DNA from: Podarcis liolepis
Taxonomy: Eukaryota
DNA: 64,000 nt
Assembly (NCBI GenBank): GCA_965112155.1
Contig: OZ218112.1
Strand: one strand, 5' to 3'
Shown: piece after piece, positions 40,031-51,530 of the stretch
How positions within the stretch are numbered: position 1 is the first letter of the stretch
Layout: every line of letters begins with the position of its first letter
Translations under genes and position numbers: made by a program
The notes under the pieces: model-generated
The model's database searches: none
What the model saw: only the letters and a program-made list of their open reading frames with translations
What the model was told of the DNA's origin: nothing

Positions 40031-40070
40031 CAGCCTGAAGATGACGAGTGAGACCTCGTCGAAACGTCGC
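40031..40070 (+). ncRNA. Minimal type I hammerhead ribozyme-like motif in the Penelope pseudo-LTR (right arm)
   Basis: CTGAAGA (40035-41), extra T, stem II GACGAG/tgagac/CTCGTC, GAAA, CG, TC (putative cleavage after 40068). Palindromic ACGT suits a dimeric stem III; stem I is only about 2 bp. PLEs are known to carry minimal hammerheads. Confidence 0.65.
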
Positions 40071-40119
40071 CTAGACACCCCAACTCTTACACGGGAAGAC
40101 ACCCGAAGACACCAAAACC

Positions 40120-40123
<4 letters not shown>

Positions 40124-40154
<31 letters not shown>
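40124..40154. repeat. (TA)n microsatellite, right flank of Penelope
   Basis: Direct reading. Confidence 0.95.
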
Positions 40155-40177
<23 letters not shown>

Positions 40178-41500
40178 GGGTGGGGGGGAACATAGTGTTG
40201 CCTTAAGAAGACAAAAAGATATCTGCTTGGGCAATAGCCTTCCCCTGCATTTGCTCTGTATCTGCTGCCCTGCAGGACATCTTCAAAATAAGATAAGGTT
40301 AAGGAGTAAGTCCTATACAAATCTTGAATAGAATCCCTAAGATGGAGGCACCTTGTATACCTCCTTCTACCAACTCCTGCCGCCCAGCTGATGTAAAACA
40401 TTTTGCTCTGCTTTCCTTTGGACCACATCAGCGGGTCCAACGTGTCAGCAAGGGTCTTAATGTCTGGGCAACCCAGGGCCTCCATGCACACTGCCCAAGC
40501 TTGCACCCCAGGGAGGTCACTTCAGTGCTGTTAACACAGTATTTGCTCTCCAGCAACAGGTATTCAATGGAATATTTCAGGTATTGGGAATGTTACACTC
40601 CAGCCTCTATATCTGGTCCTGCCTGGAAAGGAATGCAGTCCTCAGACTGGAAAAGTGTTACCTGCTTCAGGTATATCGGCATCGAAGATGGAGGTTCCAC
40701 TTGATCATGATGACTAAATGCTGTTGTATGCAGAAGGCTCCAGGTTTCCACCTAAAGTAGCAGCAAGTGATGGGAAAGGCTTCTGCCTAAGACCCTAAGG
40801 AGTTCTTGCTACTGAGTGTGAGAGTCCTTCATTTGAAGGGTTGTTCAGTCCTACTCCAGTTTAAAGTTAAAGAGCCCTAAGAAGGGTGAATAAGTGCCTT
40901 GAACTTATGCGTCAGCAATTAACACCTGGGCAATAGCCTAAGCTGGCAGACAGGATGCTTAGCTATAGTGGGAAAGACTGTCACATTCTGTTTAAGCTCT
41001 TTCTGTAATGGCACCAAGACATTCAGCATGGAATGTAGCACTAAGGAGATAGTTCCCACAGAGAAAGCATTTTCTCTCTCTGATCTGGGAAATCCCCAAA
41101 CACTGCAGAGCAAATCTGGGGGATGTGTGGGGAGAACCCCACTGTACCAATGAGAGTCCTTTCACTGGTTTCTGCAAGCGGAATAAGGTAGTTTAATCTG
41201 GTCCATAAATTAGCACACACACACACAGATAAATGAAAATATGGCTCCTTTTTTCTGGCAATGATTTGGGACCACCTACATATCAGAGTAGATAATTCTG
41301 GTCTAGATGGGCAGATACTCTCTTCTAAGACAGCTTCTCATATGTGAAGAGCAAGCTGTGAAGAACTACATGCAAAAACCCATGCTTCAGTATAGTATCT
41401 GATTTGCATGCAGAAGGTCTTAGGTTCAATTCCCAGTATCTCAGGTAGGACTGGGAAAGTCCTCTGTCTGAAGTTCTGGAGAACCACCACCAGTCAGTGC

Positions 41501-41590
41501 CATAGCTGTCAGCATTTCTCTTTTTTTAAGGGAAATTCCCTTATTCCAAATAGGATTCCTCACAAGAAAAGGGGAAAGTTGACAGCTATG
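41501..41590. mobile_element. 90-bp hAT MITE inside a tRNA-derived SINE (~41390-41660)
   Basis: TIRs CATAGCTGTCA / TGACAGCTATG; perfect TSD GTCAGTGC (41493-500, 41591-98). Confidence 0.88.
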
Positions 41591-42558
41591 GTCAGTGCAC
41601 ATAATACTGAGATAGATGGATCAAAACTCAGACTTAGTATAAGATAGCTACCTATGCTCCTATTCAAATGAGAGTAACAGTCAGCTGAGAATAAATAAAG
41701 ATGCAATAATATTATCCACACTATCTTTACATATTCTCATCTAAACAGGTAGAGAATCAGACCTTAAAGGCCTAATCTTGACTCTACAAGCTAAGAGGGT
41801 GGGAGGAATTTAAGTCAGCAATTATTGTTTTCTTACTTCATTGCTAAGTAGACCACAGGGTAAAACACCATGGTGGGAAATCTATTAATTTGATGTACAG
41901 AGGAGCCATGTTGAGAGTCAATAACAAAATGAATGGTTTTTTTCATGGTTCTTGGGGGGCTACTAAGTTGGTATTTATCCTAAACAATGATGGGGAGTTT
42001 GTGCTGCTTTCATAATCATACCTCTTTCACAAATAAGAGGCAAAACTTCCTAGACTTATAGCCAAATAATTTATTACCATCATGCAATGGAAGACCATCC
42101 ATGGAGGCAAGGAGATGTCATACGTTGAAAAAATATTTCCTGAAGATATAAAGCAGGTATTTCACCACCACTTTTAACAAGTCTTGTGTTTAGTTTTGGT
42201 GAGTTTTAGTAATATGCATGCATTTATTTATTTTCCATTATGTAAACATCACAACAAATAAATAAAATAAAAATACAACAAATAAAAACCAGATAAAACA
42301 GTTCTCAAAAGAACTCAACCATCTAGGCGAGCCTATAAGCCACTGAGCAGAACGTGTGGTCCTACTTTGCTAGTCATGGATTCTCCCAAAGGATCCTGGG
42401 AACTGTAGTTTGTTAAGAGTGCTGAGAGTTCAGAAAAGACTCCTATTCCACTCTCAGAGGTGCAGTTTCCATGGTGGTTTAACAATCAATCCCTCTACCC
42501 AAGGAACGCTGGGAATTTAGCTCTGTAAGGGAAATAGGGGCCTCCTAACAAATAGCAG

Positions 42559-42907
42559 GTGAGACGGGGGTGGCGCTGTGGGTTAAACCACAGTGCCTAG
42601 GACCGATCAGAAGGTCGGCAGTTCGAATACCCACGACGGGGTGAGCTTCCATTGCTCGGTCCCTGCTCCTGCCAACCTAGCAGTTCGAAAGCACGTCAAA
42701 GTGCAAGTAGATAAATAGGTACCACTCCAGCGGGAAGGTAAACAGCATTTCCGTGTGCTGCTCTGGTTTGCCAGAAGCAGCTTTGTCATGCTGGCCACAT
42801 GGCCCGGAAGCTGTATGCCAGCTCCATTGGCCAATAAAGCGAGATGAGCGCTGCAACCCCAGAGTCGGTCACGACTGGACCTAATGGTCAGGGGTCCCTT
42901 TACCTTA
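42559..42907 (+). mobile_element. Sauria SINE, full length, inside a Harbinger-like MITE (~42375-43024)
   Basis: Conserved core and tail; 15-bp TSD CCTAACAAATAGCAG at 42544-58 and 42908-22. Confidence 0.92.
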
Positions 42908-43743
42908 CCTAACAAATAGCAGAACCCTTAACAAACTCAAGTTCCTAGGATTCTTTGGGAGGAGTCATGACTCTTTGAAGTGGTATAATGTTACTGCCTT
43001 AACTGTGTAGTGCAGATAGGACCTTCATCAGGTGGTTCACAGACTCTGGAGGCCTCGCCTACTTCATCCTTCTAAGACCTCCCAAGCACATTTTGAGCAT
43101 GAGACAAGCATTGTGTGTTATGAGATAGGAGATACGGGCAGAGCTCTTCAGCTTAGCACAGAAAAACGGGGATGGGCTATGAACAAAAGATAAAATTTAG
43201 AAACAATATCTAAAATTCTCCAAAGCTTCTCATGCACTGATCAATATCACCAAGATTAATAAGGAAAGCAAACAGAATTATTTAGGGCATAAAGAGAGGC
43301 AGCACTGAATGCAAGATCTGCATGGAAGGCAATTCCAGTGCGCGGCCATTTGAGAGTTGCAGACATGCCATGTGTATAAGCAGGCGCTTGTTTTAATACA
43401 TCCTATTTAAATATTAACCAGATCATAAATATGCATGCTTGAGCTACTCTCACAGAACAGGATAAAGCATGTTTAATGTTCATGTTATGTGTAGATATGT
43501 AAATAATTTAAGGGAAAGATACTTTGTTCACTGAATTTTTGGAATGCATCTGTGGACCAATTCTAGCAATAAACATGCATGCAGATGAAATGATGGTTCC
43601 CCTCACCCTCCTCTACTTGGTCCCACCCCTGACCTCAACCTCCACCATCAGCACTATTTAGGGATATTTTTTATGTCCCTATAGTAAATATATAACCCCT
43701 TTTCTCTCCATTTCTCTCTTTGATTTATTTTATCACCAACTCT

Positions 43744-43746
<3 letters not shown>

Positions 43747-43787
<41 letters not shown>

Positions 43788-43826
43788 TATCATTCTGACT
43801 TTCTTGTGGACAATGTAATTCATTCA

Positions 43827-43872
<46 letters not shown>
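43747..43872. repeat. (GT)n and (TA)n microsatellite pair
   Basis: (GT)n 43747-43780; (TA)n 43830-43872. Confidence 0.9.
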
Positions 43873-43876
<4 letters not shown>

Positions 43877-43890
43877 CTATGTCAAATATA

Positions 43891-44081
43891 CAGTGGTACC
43901 TCTGGTTGAGAACAGGATCCGTTCCGGAGCCCCGTTCGCAACCTGAAAAGAATGCAACCCGAGTCTGTGCGTCTGCACATGGGTGGATCGCGATTCGCCG
44001 CATCTGCACAAGCGCACAATGTCATTTTGCGTGTCTGCACATGCACGAGTGGCGAAACCTAGAAGTAACCCTTTCCGGTTA
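43891..44081. mobile_element. Tc1/mariner MITE, left part
   Basis: TA followed by CAGTGGTACCTC TIR, as at 50777; right part absent. Confidence 0.75.
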
Positions 44082-44341
44082 CCGTTGCTTGGTCCCTGCT
44101 TCTGCCAACCTAGCAGTTCGAAAGCACATCAAAGTGCAAGTAGATAAATAGGTACCGCTCCGGCAGGAAGGTAAACGGCGTTTCCGTGCGCTGCTCTGGT
44201 TTGCCAGAAGTGGCTTAGTCATGCTGGCCACATGACCCGGAAGCTGTACACCGGCTCCTTTGGCCAATAAAGCAAGATGAGTGCCGCGACCCCAGAGTCG
44301 GTCACGACTGGACCTAATGGTCATGGGTCCCTTTACCTTTA
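44082..44341 (+). mobile_element. Sauria SINE, 5'-truncated
   Basis: Core from ccgttgcttggtccctgct to tail ccctttaccttt. Confidence 0.88.
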
Positions 44342-44342
44342 G

Positions 44343-44373
<31 letters not shown>

Positions 44374-47300
44374 CTAATAGATATAAATGGTAGAACTTAC
44401 CTTTCACATGATCTGACTCCTCTCCCACAATACCCGTTTTTGTTTTTTGTTGCCATCTGCAAAAGACATGTTTATGTCAATTCATGTTTCACTTTATGTG
44501 CATGTTTATGTTATTATTTTCTTACATTATCTGTACATAGTACTTAATTGAAAACATCAGCAAACAAAAAAATACACACACACAAACATAAAACACAAAA
44601 TCATCAACATTGGAAAAATAACAGGTTCACATGGGGGATAGCACCCAAATAAGGCTCTTGCCTCCAGGAGTGATTGGTCAGTTCTATACAGGAAGGTGAG
44701 CAAAATGAAGGCCACCTCCCCTTGTTTTCCTTCCATTAGTGGATGTTCCACTGATTATCCCAGAACATGGAGGTTCTGTTTATTGACTACTGCACTATGG
44801 TTATTGGCCATTGCTGGACGTACCATTGATTGGGTTGTCACAAGGATGGTCACACATTGGGTGAGTGAGTCAAACTACAAATGCACAAAACACTGAGGAG
44901 TTGATGGAGCTGAGGGGGAAGGAGTGAATTAATAATCTAGAACATGCCTTTTCTGTAAGACACAGTATTCAGGCCAAGCTGCAGGCTGCATGTGATTGGG
45001 TGCACAGGAGAATCAGTAGATTTGTGCAACAAAGGGGTGGATGCCACACATTAAAGGGGAACCTGAAATTTATGAGAATACTAGAAGAGGGGTAAGGAAG
45101 ACTTTTCAGCCCAAGGGTCTTTCTGAGCAGCTTTTTGAGGGCCATATGTCAGTGGGGGCAGATATGAAAAAGGGAAACACAACAAATGCAAAATTCACCG
45201 TTGTCACATAACTCTCCATTTGGCTCACTCAGTCATCTTCCCCCAACCATGCCTATCTGCCCACCTGTTCTCATAAGTGATGTCAGGTAGACAGAACTGG
45301 AAATTGCATCTGGAAAATCAGGTTTGAACTCTCCACATATCAGCGGATGGGCAGAGAAGTTCATTCCTGCTTGGTTAGGGTTCACAAGTTTCTTCTCCAC
45401 AGGGAACCTGCTGGTACACCTGAATCCTGCAGAAACCAGGATCAAACTCCCTGTATGTCAGCTGATATGTGAGGAGTTCAATCCTGCTTGGTCACTATTT
45501 CTCCCTATCTACACAGGTCAATTTTAACAAGTGGGCAGGGCCACTCACCTCGTGTCATTATGATTTCAGATGATTGGCTGGTGGTCCCACCTACCTGTCC
45601 ATTTTGGCCCACATGTTGGGGAGATAAATGTCTGTCCCACTGGGCCAAAAATGTTTCCATACCTGACTATACAGAAGTATGCGCACCCCTCTCTCCCTCT
45701 CTCTCCAGACACTCAAAAGGCATCCGCTGAGTTCAAGGGCAAATTCTAAGCAGGCAAAAACACTCATGCAAGGCCAGTGAGGGAGATGATCTGAAAAAAG
45801 TTCCAAGGAGTAGATAGAGAAGCTCGGGGGGGGGGCCTCATTTGTCCCCTAGGCCCCCTACCACTTCAGAAGACTCCCTCCCCTGAGTTTGAAAAATTCT
45901 GGAACATCACTGAGCTCCACTCCACTTCTCATTCTCTGCTGAGGCCTCAGGGAAGACATATTTCAAGGCCTCTGTGCGACTGCCATTCATAACTGCTGTA
46001 AAATAGGCCGAGGTCCCCATGAAACTGTTCTCAAGTTCCTCCTATTCTTCCCTCATTAAAAAAATAACAGTGCGGAGATGAATTCTTACGGCTGCTGTGT
46101 ATAAACATTTCCGCAGCTTCTCCTTTTCATATATCAAGGTGAAGGAAGAGCAGATAAAACTGCAGGTGCTTCATTTAGTATTGCCAAGTGTAAGACTTGC
46201 TACAGTAAAGATGGAACAGACAGGGGCTGATTAATTCTGCCATTCTTTCTATTATTTAGATGCCTAGAGCAATATATTGCATCCGAAATGCACATCTGAC
46301 ATTAATCATGGCGGAAGCCCCAGTTGACTTCCATAGAGCTACTCATCTGCTTAAATTTTACGAGAAGGATTGATCCCCTTTACCACGCTCTCCAATGAAA
46401 TATTTGGTGTTGCAGCATTAGACAAATTACTTGTGAGGTCTAATCCAGCTTGCCAGTAGTGTGCTGGCCATTTCCTGCCTCCTGCTCTCAAATTATAGAA
46501 GTGGGGTTCTGCAACAAAATGTTGCAGACCTTTAGTCCATCAAGCTCTGTACTGTCTACACGGGATGGCAGTGTGTCTCTAGGGTTTCAGACAGGGGACA
46601 TTCCTGACCCAACCTGGATATTCCAGGAATTGAACTTGTGACCTTCTGCATGCTAGGCAGATGCTGTACCACTGGGCTATATAGCCTTCCTGGCTTCTGT
46701 TGAGAGTTCAAATCACTCCATTTTCTTACCAGCACCCAAACCTTCACTCAGCATTCTGTGCTCACTGTGGCTGCTCAGTCCTCATTTTGGTTCCCCCTCC
46801 CTGTCTTTGTGTGCGCACAAATGTAAATTCTTGCATTTCATTTATTTTTATGGGCAACTCCCATTTATTTACTGAATTTCTATTCTACCCCTTCCTCCAA
46901 ATTCTGCAAAGCAATGCAAACATTGTGGTCGTCTTCTTTTTTAAGCATTTTAAAGCATCAGATAAATGTGTTAATTGTACAGGCAGCAAGTTTTTGCTCT
47001 ATGCTGCGGATACACTTCTTTACCTTGGCCCTTGGCAATTAAGGTATTTTGCTTTGCAAGTCCAACCTTATTTGCTGAATATAAATTGTTTTGTCCCACA
47101 TGGAATGGTTTTATGTGTTTTCTAATTGTTATGATTTTAGCTGTTTTTATAACTGCATTTTCTGTGAGATGGGTGAGTGAGAAAACTTATAAACAAATAG
47201 TAAGCCCAACCAAATTACATACTAATTATAATTAGCTGTATATACACAATTTGTTAATTTTTTTTGCACATTGACTGTTAAAACGTTTTTTAAAAAAGAA

Positions 47301-47867
47301 GCAACAACGCCAATTTTTTTTTCAGTGCAGAAAACACACATTCCTTCCCTAAGGACATTTAACCACAGCTTCTCAGTGTGAACCAGGAAATTGTTCATCT
47401 AGGCAATGAGAAGGGTTCTCCTCGTGTTTTCTACAACTGTTTGTCTTCCTTCATCTTCCTTTTCCAGTTACTGCATTCCTTTCCTCCCTCCCCAGTATTT
47501 TGCTTTTCAGTCAGTCTACAGATGGCAGCTGAGCATTGATTGGGCTGTTTGGGGGGTTTTCCCTCTCCTTTCTGAAGACTTCTGCAAACCTTGGGGGTTA
47601 TTCTGAGTCTGCTAATATCTCCCTCTTGCCCATGGGGGAAGCCATTTTTGCTTCGTTTGTACAAGCACAAAAAGACTTGATTCAGAAACAGAGTCAAGAA
47701 TGACAGCTGATAGCCGGTTTGTATATAGAAGCAAACAGCTACAGGCCCCTTTCTATAGAATGACGAGGGATACAGTCCCTTCATGTAAACTCTACCTCTT
47801 TGGCACTAAAATGTGTGTCTTCACTCAACGAGGCTGATAATTTCTTGTACTGAGCCAAAGCATGTAG

Positions 47868-47870
<3 letters not shown>

Positions 47871-47920
<50 letters not shown>
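47871..47920. repeat. (TTA)n microsatellite
   Basis: Direct reading. Confidence 0.95.
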
Positions 47921-47921
<1 letters not shown>

Positions 47922-48544
47922 CTCAAAATTCACACAATGGAATCAGCTGTTTTCTTTTACCTGTTTAATTATCCATGTCATGTTTTCTGGGAAAGCATTA
48001 ATTCCCTTAGTGGAGCATAATGATGACTCAGATGTTTTATAGGGTGGGGGGAGGAACACAAACATGACAAACTTTGTGCATCTGGAGGATGAAATGATCT
48101 CGTTTTGAATTAATTTTAAAGCAATTTGTAAAGTGTTTCCCTCTTACAAAGATGGATTTTGTTTGGCATTCCAATGAGATGTTTAAAATCGTAGTCATCC
48201 CTCCTCCCTCATATATCCTTGCTTCTAGTGAGTCACAGCTTAATTTCCTAGCAAATGTGGTAAACAGACGATATTGTATTCTTGGGGTAATTCTCCTTGT
48301 AAAGTGAATATGGATTGGTTCAATACCATCCAGAGAATCAGATAAATCTGTGAATAACAGTTGATGGGTTAGTGGGGTGGGAGGTGGGAGAGCTGAAGCC
48401 CTCATACCATGGAATGGACTCCAACTCTCCTTCATTGGAGGTTTTTTAAACATATGTTGGAAAGCCATCCCAATCAGAGATTCTTTCAATGCAATTCCTG
48501 CATTGTAGGGGTTGTACTAGATGACCCTTGAAGTCCATTCGATT

Positions 48545-48938
48545 ATTTATTTATTCATTCAGACATACATACATACCCCACCCATCTGGCTGGGTTTCCC
48601 GGGCCACTCTGGGCGGCTCCAAACAGAATATTAAAAGCACAATAAAACATCAAACATTAAAAACTTCCCTAAAGAGGGCTGCCTTCTAAATGTCAGATAG
48701 TTGTTTATTTTTTGACATCTGGTGGGACAGTGTTCCACGGGGCAGGCGCCACTACCGAGAAGGCCCTCTGCCTGGTTCCCTGTAACCTCACTTCTCGCAG
48801 TGAGGGAACTGCCAGAAGGCATTCGGACCTGGACCTCAATGTCCGGGTTGAACAATGGGGGTGGAGATGCTCCTTACAGGGCCGAGGCCATTTAGGGCTT
48901 TAAAGGTCAGCACTAACACTTTGAATTGTGCTCAGAAG
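48545..48938 (-). mobile_element. L2 3' fragment
   Basis: Homologous to 23490-23885. Confidence 0.85.
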
Positions 48939-49862
48939 CTCAACAATCCCAACTCAACACGTCTATGATTCTGTGCCCTGCTTGTGAACTTCCTTGAGAC
49001 ATTTGGTTTGCCTGTGTGAGTAACAGAAAACTGGGCTAGATGGGCCATTGGCCTAAAACAGGAGGGCTCTTCTGGATTGTACTAGTAGGCAATCCATTAT
49101 TTACATGAATGAAATGCACTACTCTGTTCCAGCTTGACCTGAACAGGAGCGCTCCACTTTTTTTTACTTTTTTTTTTACTAGTACCACAAAATAGGATCT
49201 TAGCTTGAGGATTTTGTTACTAAAAGTCAGCATGTTCCCAGGAATCAGCTCCTAGTCAAGGCTTGATGTCGTTAACAATGTCTACATGCTGTTGACACTG
49301 ACAGCAATACACAGTTAGACAGAGAAAGATTGTGGAAAGAGCTGGATTTGGATTGTATTATCAATTAATTAATTATATTATTAAATCTGCGGACAGATTT
49401 AATAATATAGTTAATTACATTATTGTTATATGATTGCACATCATTAATTTAAATGGGGCACACCATCAATAATATGTTGTTTGTGTAGTGGGGGGAAATA
49501 ATAGCGAATTGCAGACTGTGGAAGAAAATGAGGGCAGCAAATATTGATTGCATTTGCCTGCCTGATTACCATTCCTACTTGCAGATGGACACACAAACTG
49601 ACCCAGTTCCTAGCACCATTCTTCATTTCCATGGAATTCTCTGACATACCCAGGAAGATCTCAAGCTAGCCTTTCTCATGGACAGAAAAAAATGGAGGAG
49701 GGAACCATTTTGATGAACATTTTCTCAGGGAATTGTTATTTTTCCTGAGCCACTTCCACTCAGCTCTAGTCTGAATTTTCCAAATGTGCTACAAGAAATC
49801 AGCCCTGGGTCCCCCAAAAGCACTGATTGGCTAATGGAAACTTGTAGCAAACATGTTTGCCT

Positions 49863-49896
49863 CAGAGCATAGTGCAGCCCAGAGCATAGTGCAGCC
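49863..49896. repeat. 17-bp perfect tandem duplication
   Basis: cagagcatagtgcagcc x2. Confidence 0.9.
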
Positions 49897-50776
49897 CAGG
49901 AGCCAGACTTGTAACTAATGAAAACATAAACCCCAGCTCTGTTTCCTTAGCCCCATAGGGAGCATATTTTATTAGAATCATAAATTTGAGTTTAGCTACT
50001 GGGGCTGCTGCTACGGCAAGGCATGGCACTCAGATAAAAGGGAGATCCTCCTGGGAAGGTTAAAGGAGTCCCAAGCACCAGTTGTTAAGGATTCTGCAGG
50101 AGTCTTGCAACTGTATGTCACAAAAGCTTTAACATGTCTTTTGCCTTTGAGATAGTTCTGTCAATGCCACACGCGGCACCTGATGGTATCGCTAGTCTAG
50201 TATACGTGCGCCTATCTACATGAATGTTACTGAGACTGGAGATGTGTTTGCTGAGAGTATTTAATTCAGTGGGTTTATAGAGATGGCTCTGCCTTTCAGT
50301 TGCCATGTTGGTCTTATTTGCTTTCTTCCTCTCTCTGCTGCTGAGATGGCAATTGGCAACAGGCCTCTTTGAGTCTTTTTACTGTCTAATGAAGGGATTA
50401 GACCTGGGTCACCCCTGGATTGAGTCTGCCCCCCCCCAAAAAAAACCTTTTAGCCCAGGGCATTTCCTTCTGAGCAATCTTCTGGGAGCTACGTGACTGT
50501 GGTGAGTGGGGCCAAAGTGAGGTAAGTTGTACATGTCATCATCTGAGACCCTTCTTTGGGTGGCTCCTCCATGAGAGATCTGGAAGGTGGCAATGCAAGA
50601 ACAAGCCCTCTCTGCAGTAGCAGGCAAAATCATTCTGCTTCTCCCAGGCCTTTGGCTAATCAAACAATCTACGAGCTTTTAAGTTATGAGGGGGCATGGT
50701 TTTGGTTGTTGGTATGTTATGTGCTTTTGGGTTTTTAATTGTAAACAGCCCTGTGACTCTTGGATTAAGGGCAGTA

Positions 50777-51017
50777 CAGTGGTACCTCAGGTTAAGTACT
50801 TAATTCGTTCTGGAGGTCCGTACTTAACCTGAAACTGTTCTTAACCTGAAGCACCACTTTAGCTAATGGGCCTCCTGCTGCTGCTGCGCCACTGGAGCAC
50901 GATTTCTGTTCTCATCCTGAACCAAAGTTTGTAACCTGAAGTACTATTTCTGGGTTAGCAGCATCTGTAACCTGGAGCCTATGTAACCTGAAGCGTATGT
51001 AACCCGAGGTACCACTG
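50777..51017. mobile_element. Tc1/mariner (Tigger/pogo-like) MITE, complete
   Basis: TA|CAGTGGTACCTC...GAGGTACCACTG|TA. Confidence 0.9.
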
Positions 51018-51281
51018 TATAGAAATGCAATTAATAAAATAGTACTAGTAGTAGTAGTAGTAGTAGTAGTAGTAAAATACCTCCCATCCTTCTTCCTCTG
51101 CCCCAGCCTCATCTCCTGCTTAAGTCCTCTCTTCATCCTAATCAGCAGCAGACATTTTGGATTTCCAGACCTGACAAGGAGGAAGCCAGCCAGGCAGGGG
51201 CCCCAAGGCTGTCAGGTAGATGTGTCCATTAAACTAGGGGGCTGCTGCAGTCTGTTCAAGCCATCTGTCTGTGGCTTGCAG

Positions 51282-51530
51282 GAAGAAGAAGAGTTTGGAT
51301 TTGATATCCCGCCTTTCACTCCCTTTAAGGAGTCTCAAAGCGGCTAACATTCTCCTTTCCCTTCCTCCCCCACAACAAACACTCTGTGAGGTGAGTGGGG
51401 CTGAGAGACTTCAAAGAAGCGTGACTGGCCCAAGGTCACCCAGCAGCTGCATGTGGAGGAGCGGAGACGCGAACACAGTTCCCCAGATTACGAGATTACC
51501 GCTCTTAACCACTACACCACACTGGCTCTC
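51282..51530 (-). mobile_element. Squam3-like tRNA-derived SINE, full length
   Basis: Minus strand reads gagagccagtgtggtgtagtggttaagagcgg (A box) ... tgttcgcgtctcc (B-box-like) ... atccaaactcttcttcttc tail. Family name is from recall. Confidence 0.82.

Larger units (their letters stand above)
37740..40123. mobile_element. Penelope-like retroelement (Penelope/Poseidon type), 5'-truncated copy plus inverted copy, 3' ends facing outward, in a (TA)n tract
   Basis: 37769-38783 is the reverse complement of 39109-40123 (1015 bp each); spacer 38784-39108; left arm has an extra ~29-nt 3' tail (37740-37768); (TA)n on both sides; encodes RT thumb plus GIY-YIG endonuclease. Confidence 0.93.

Noticed and set aside
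46700-48489. 141-150-aa ORFs (46700-47125, 48037-48489) and the similar 18963-19403
   Set aside because: No recognisable domains or splice context, and they partly overlap decayed repeats; consistent with chance ORFs.
51470-51530. tRNA-like A/B boxes, here and at Sauria SINE heads
   Set aside because: SINE heads without a complete cloverleaf; not tRNA genes.
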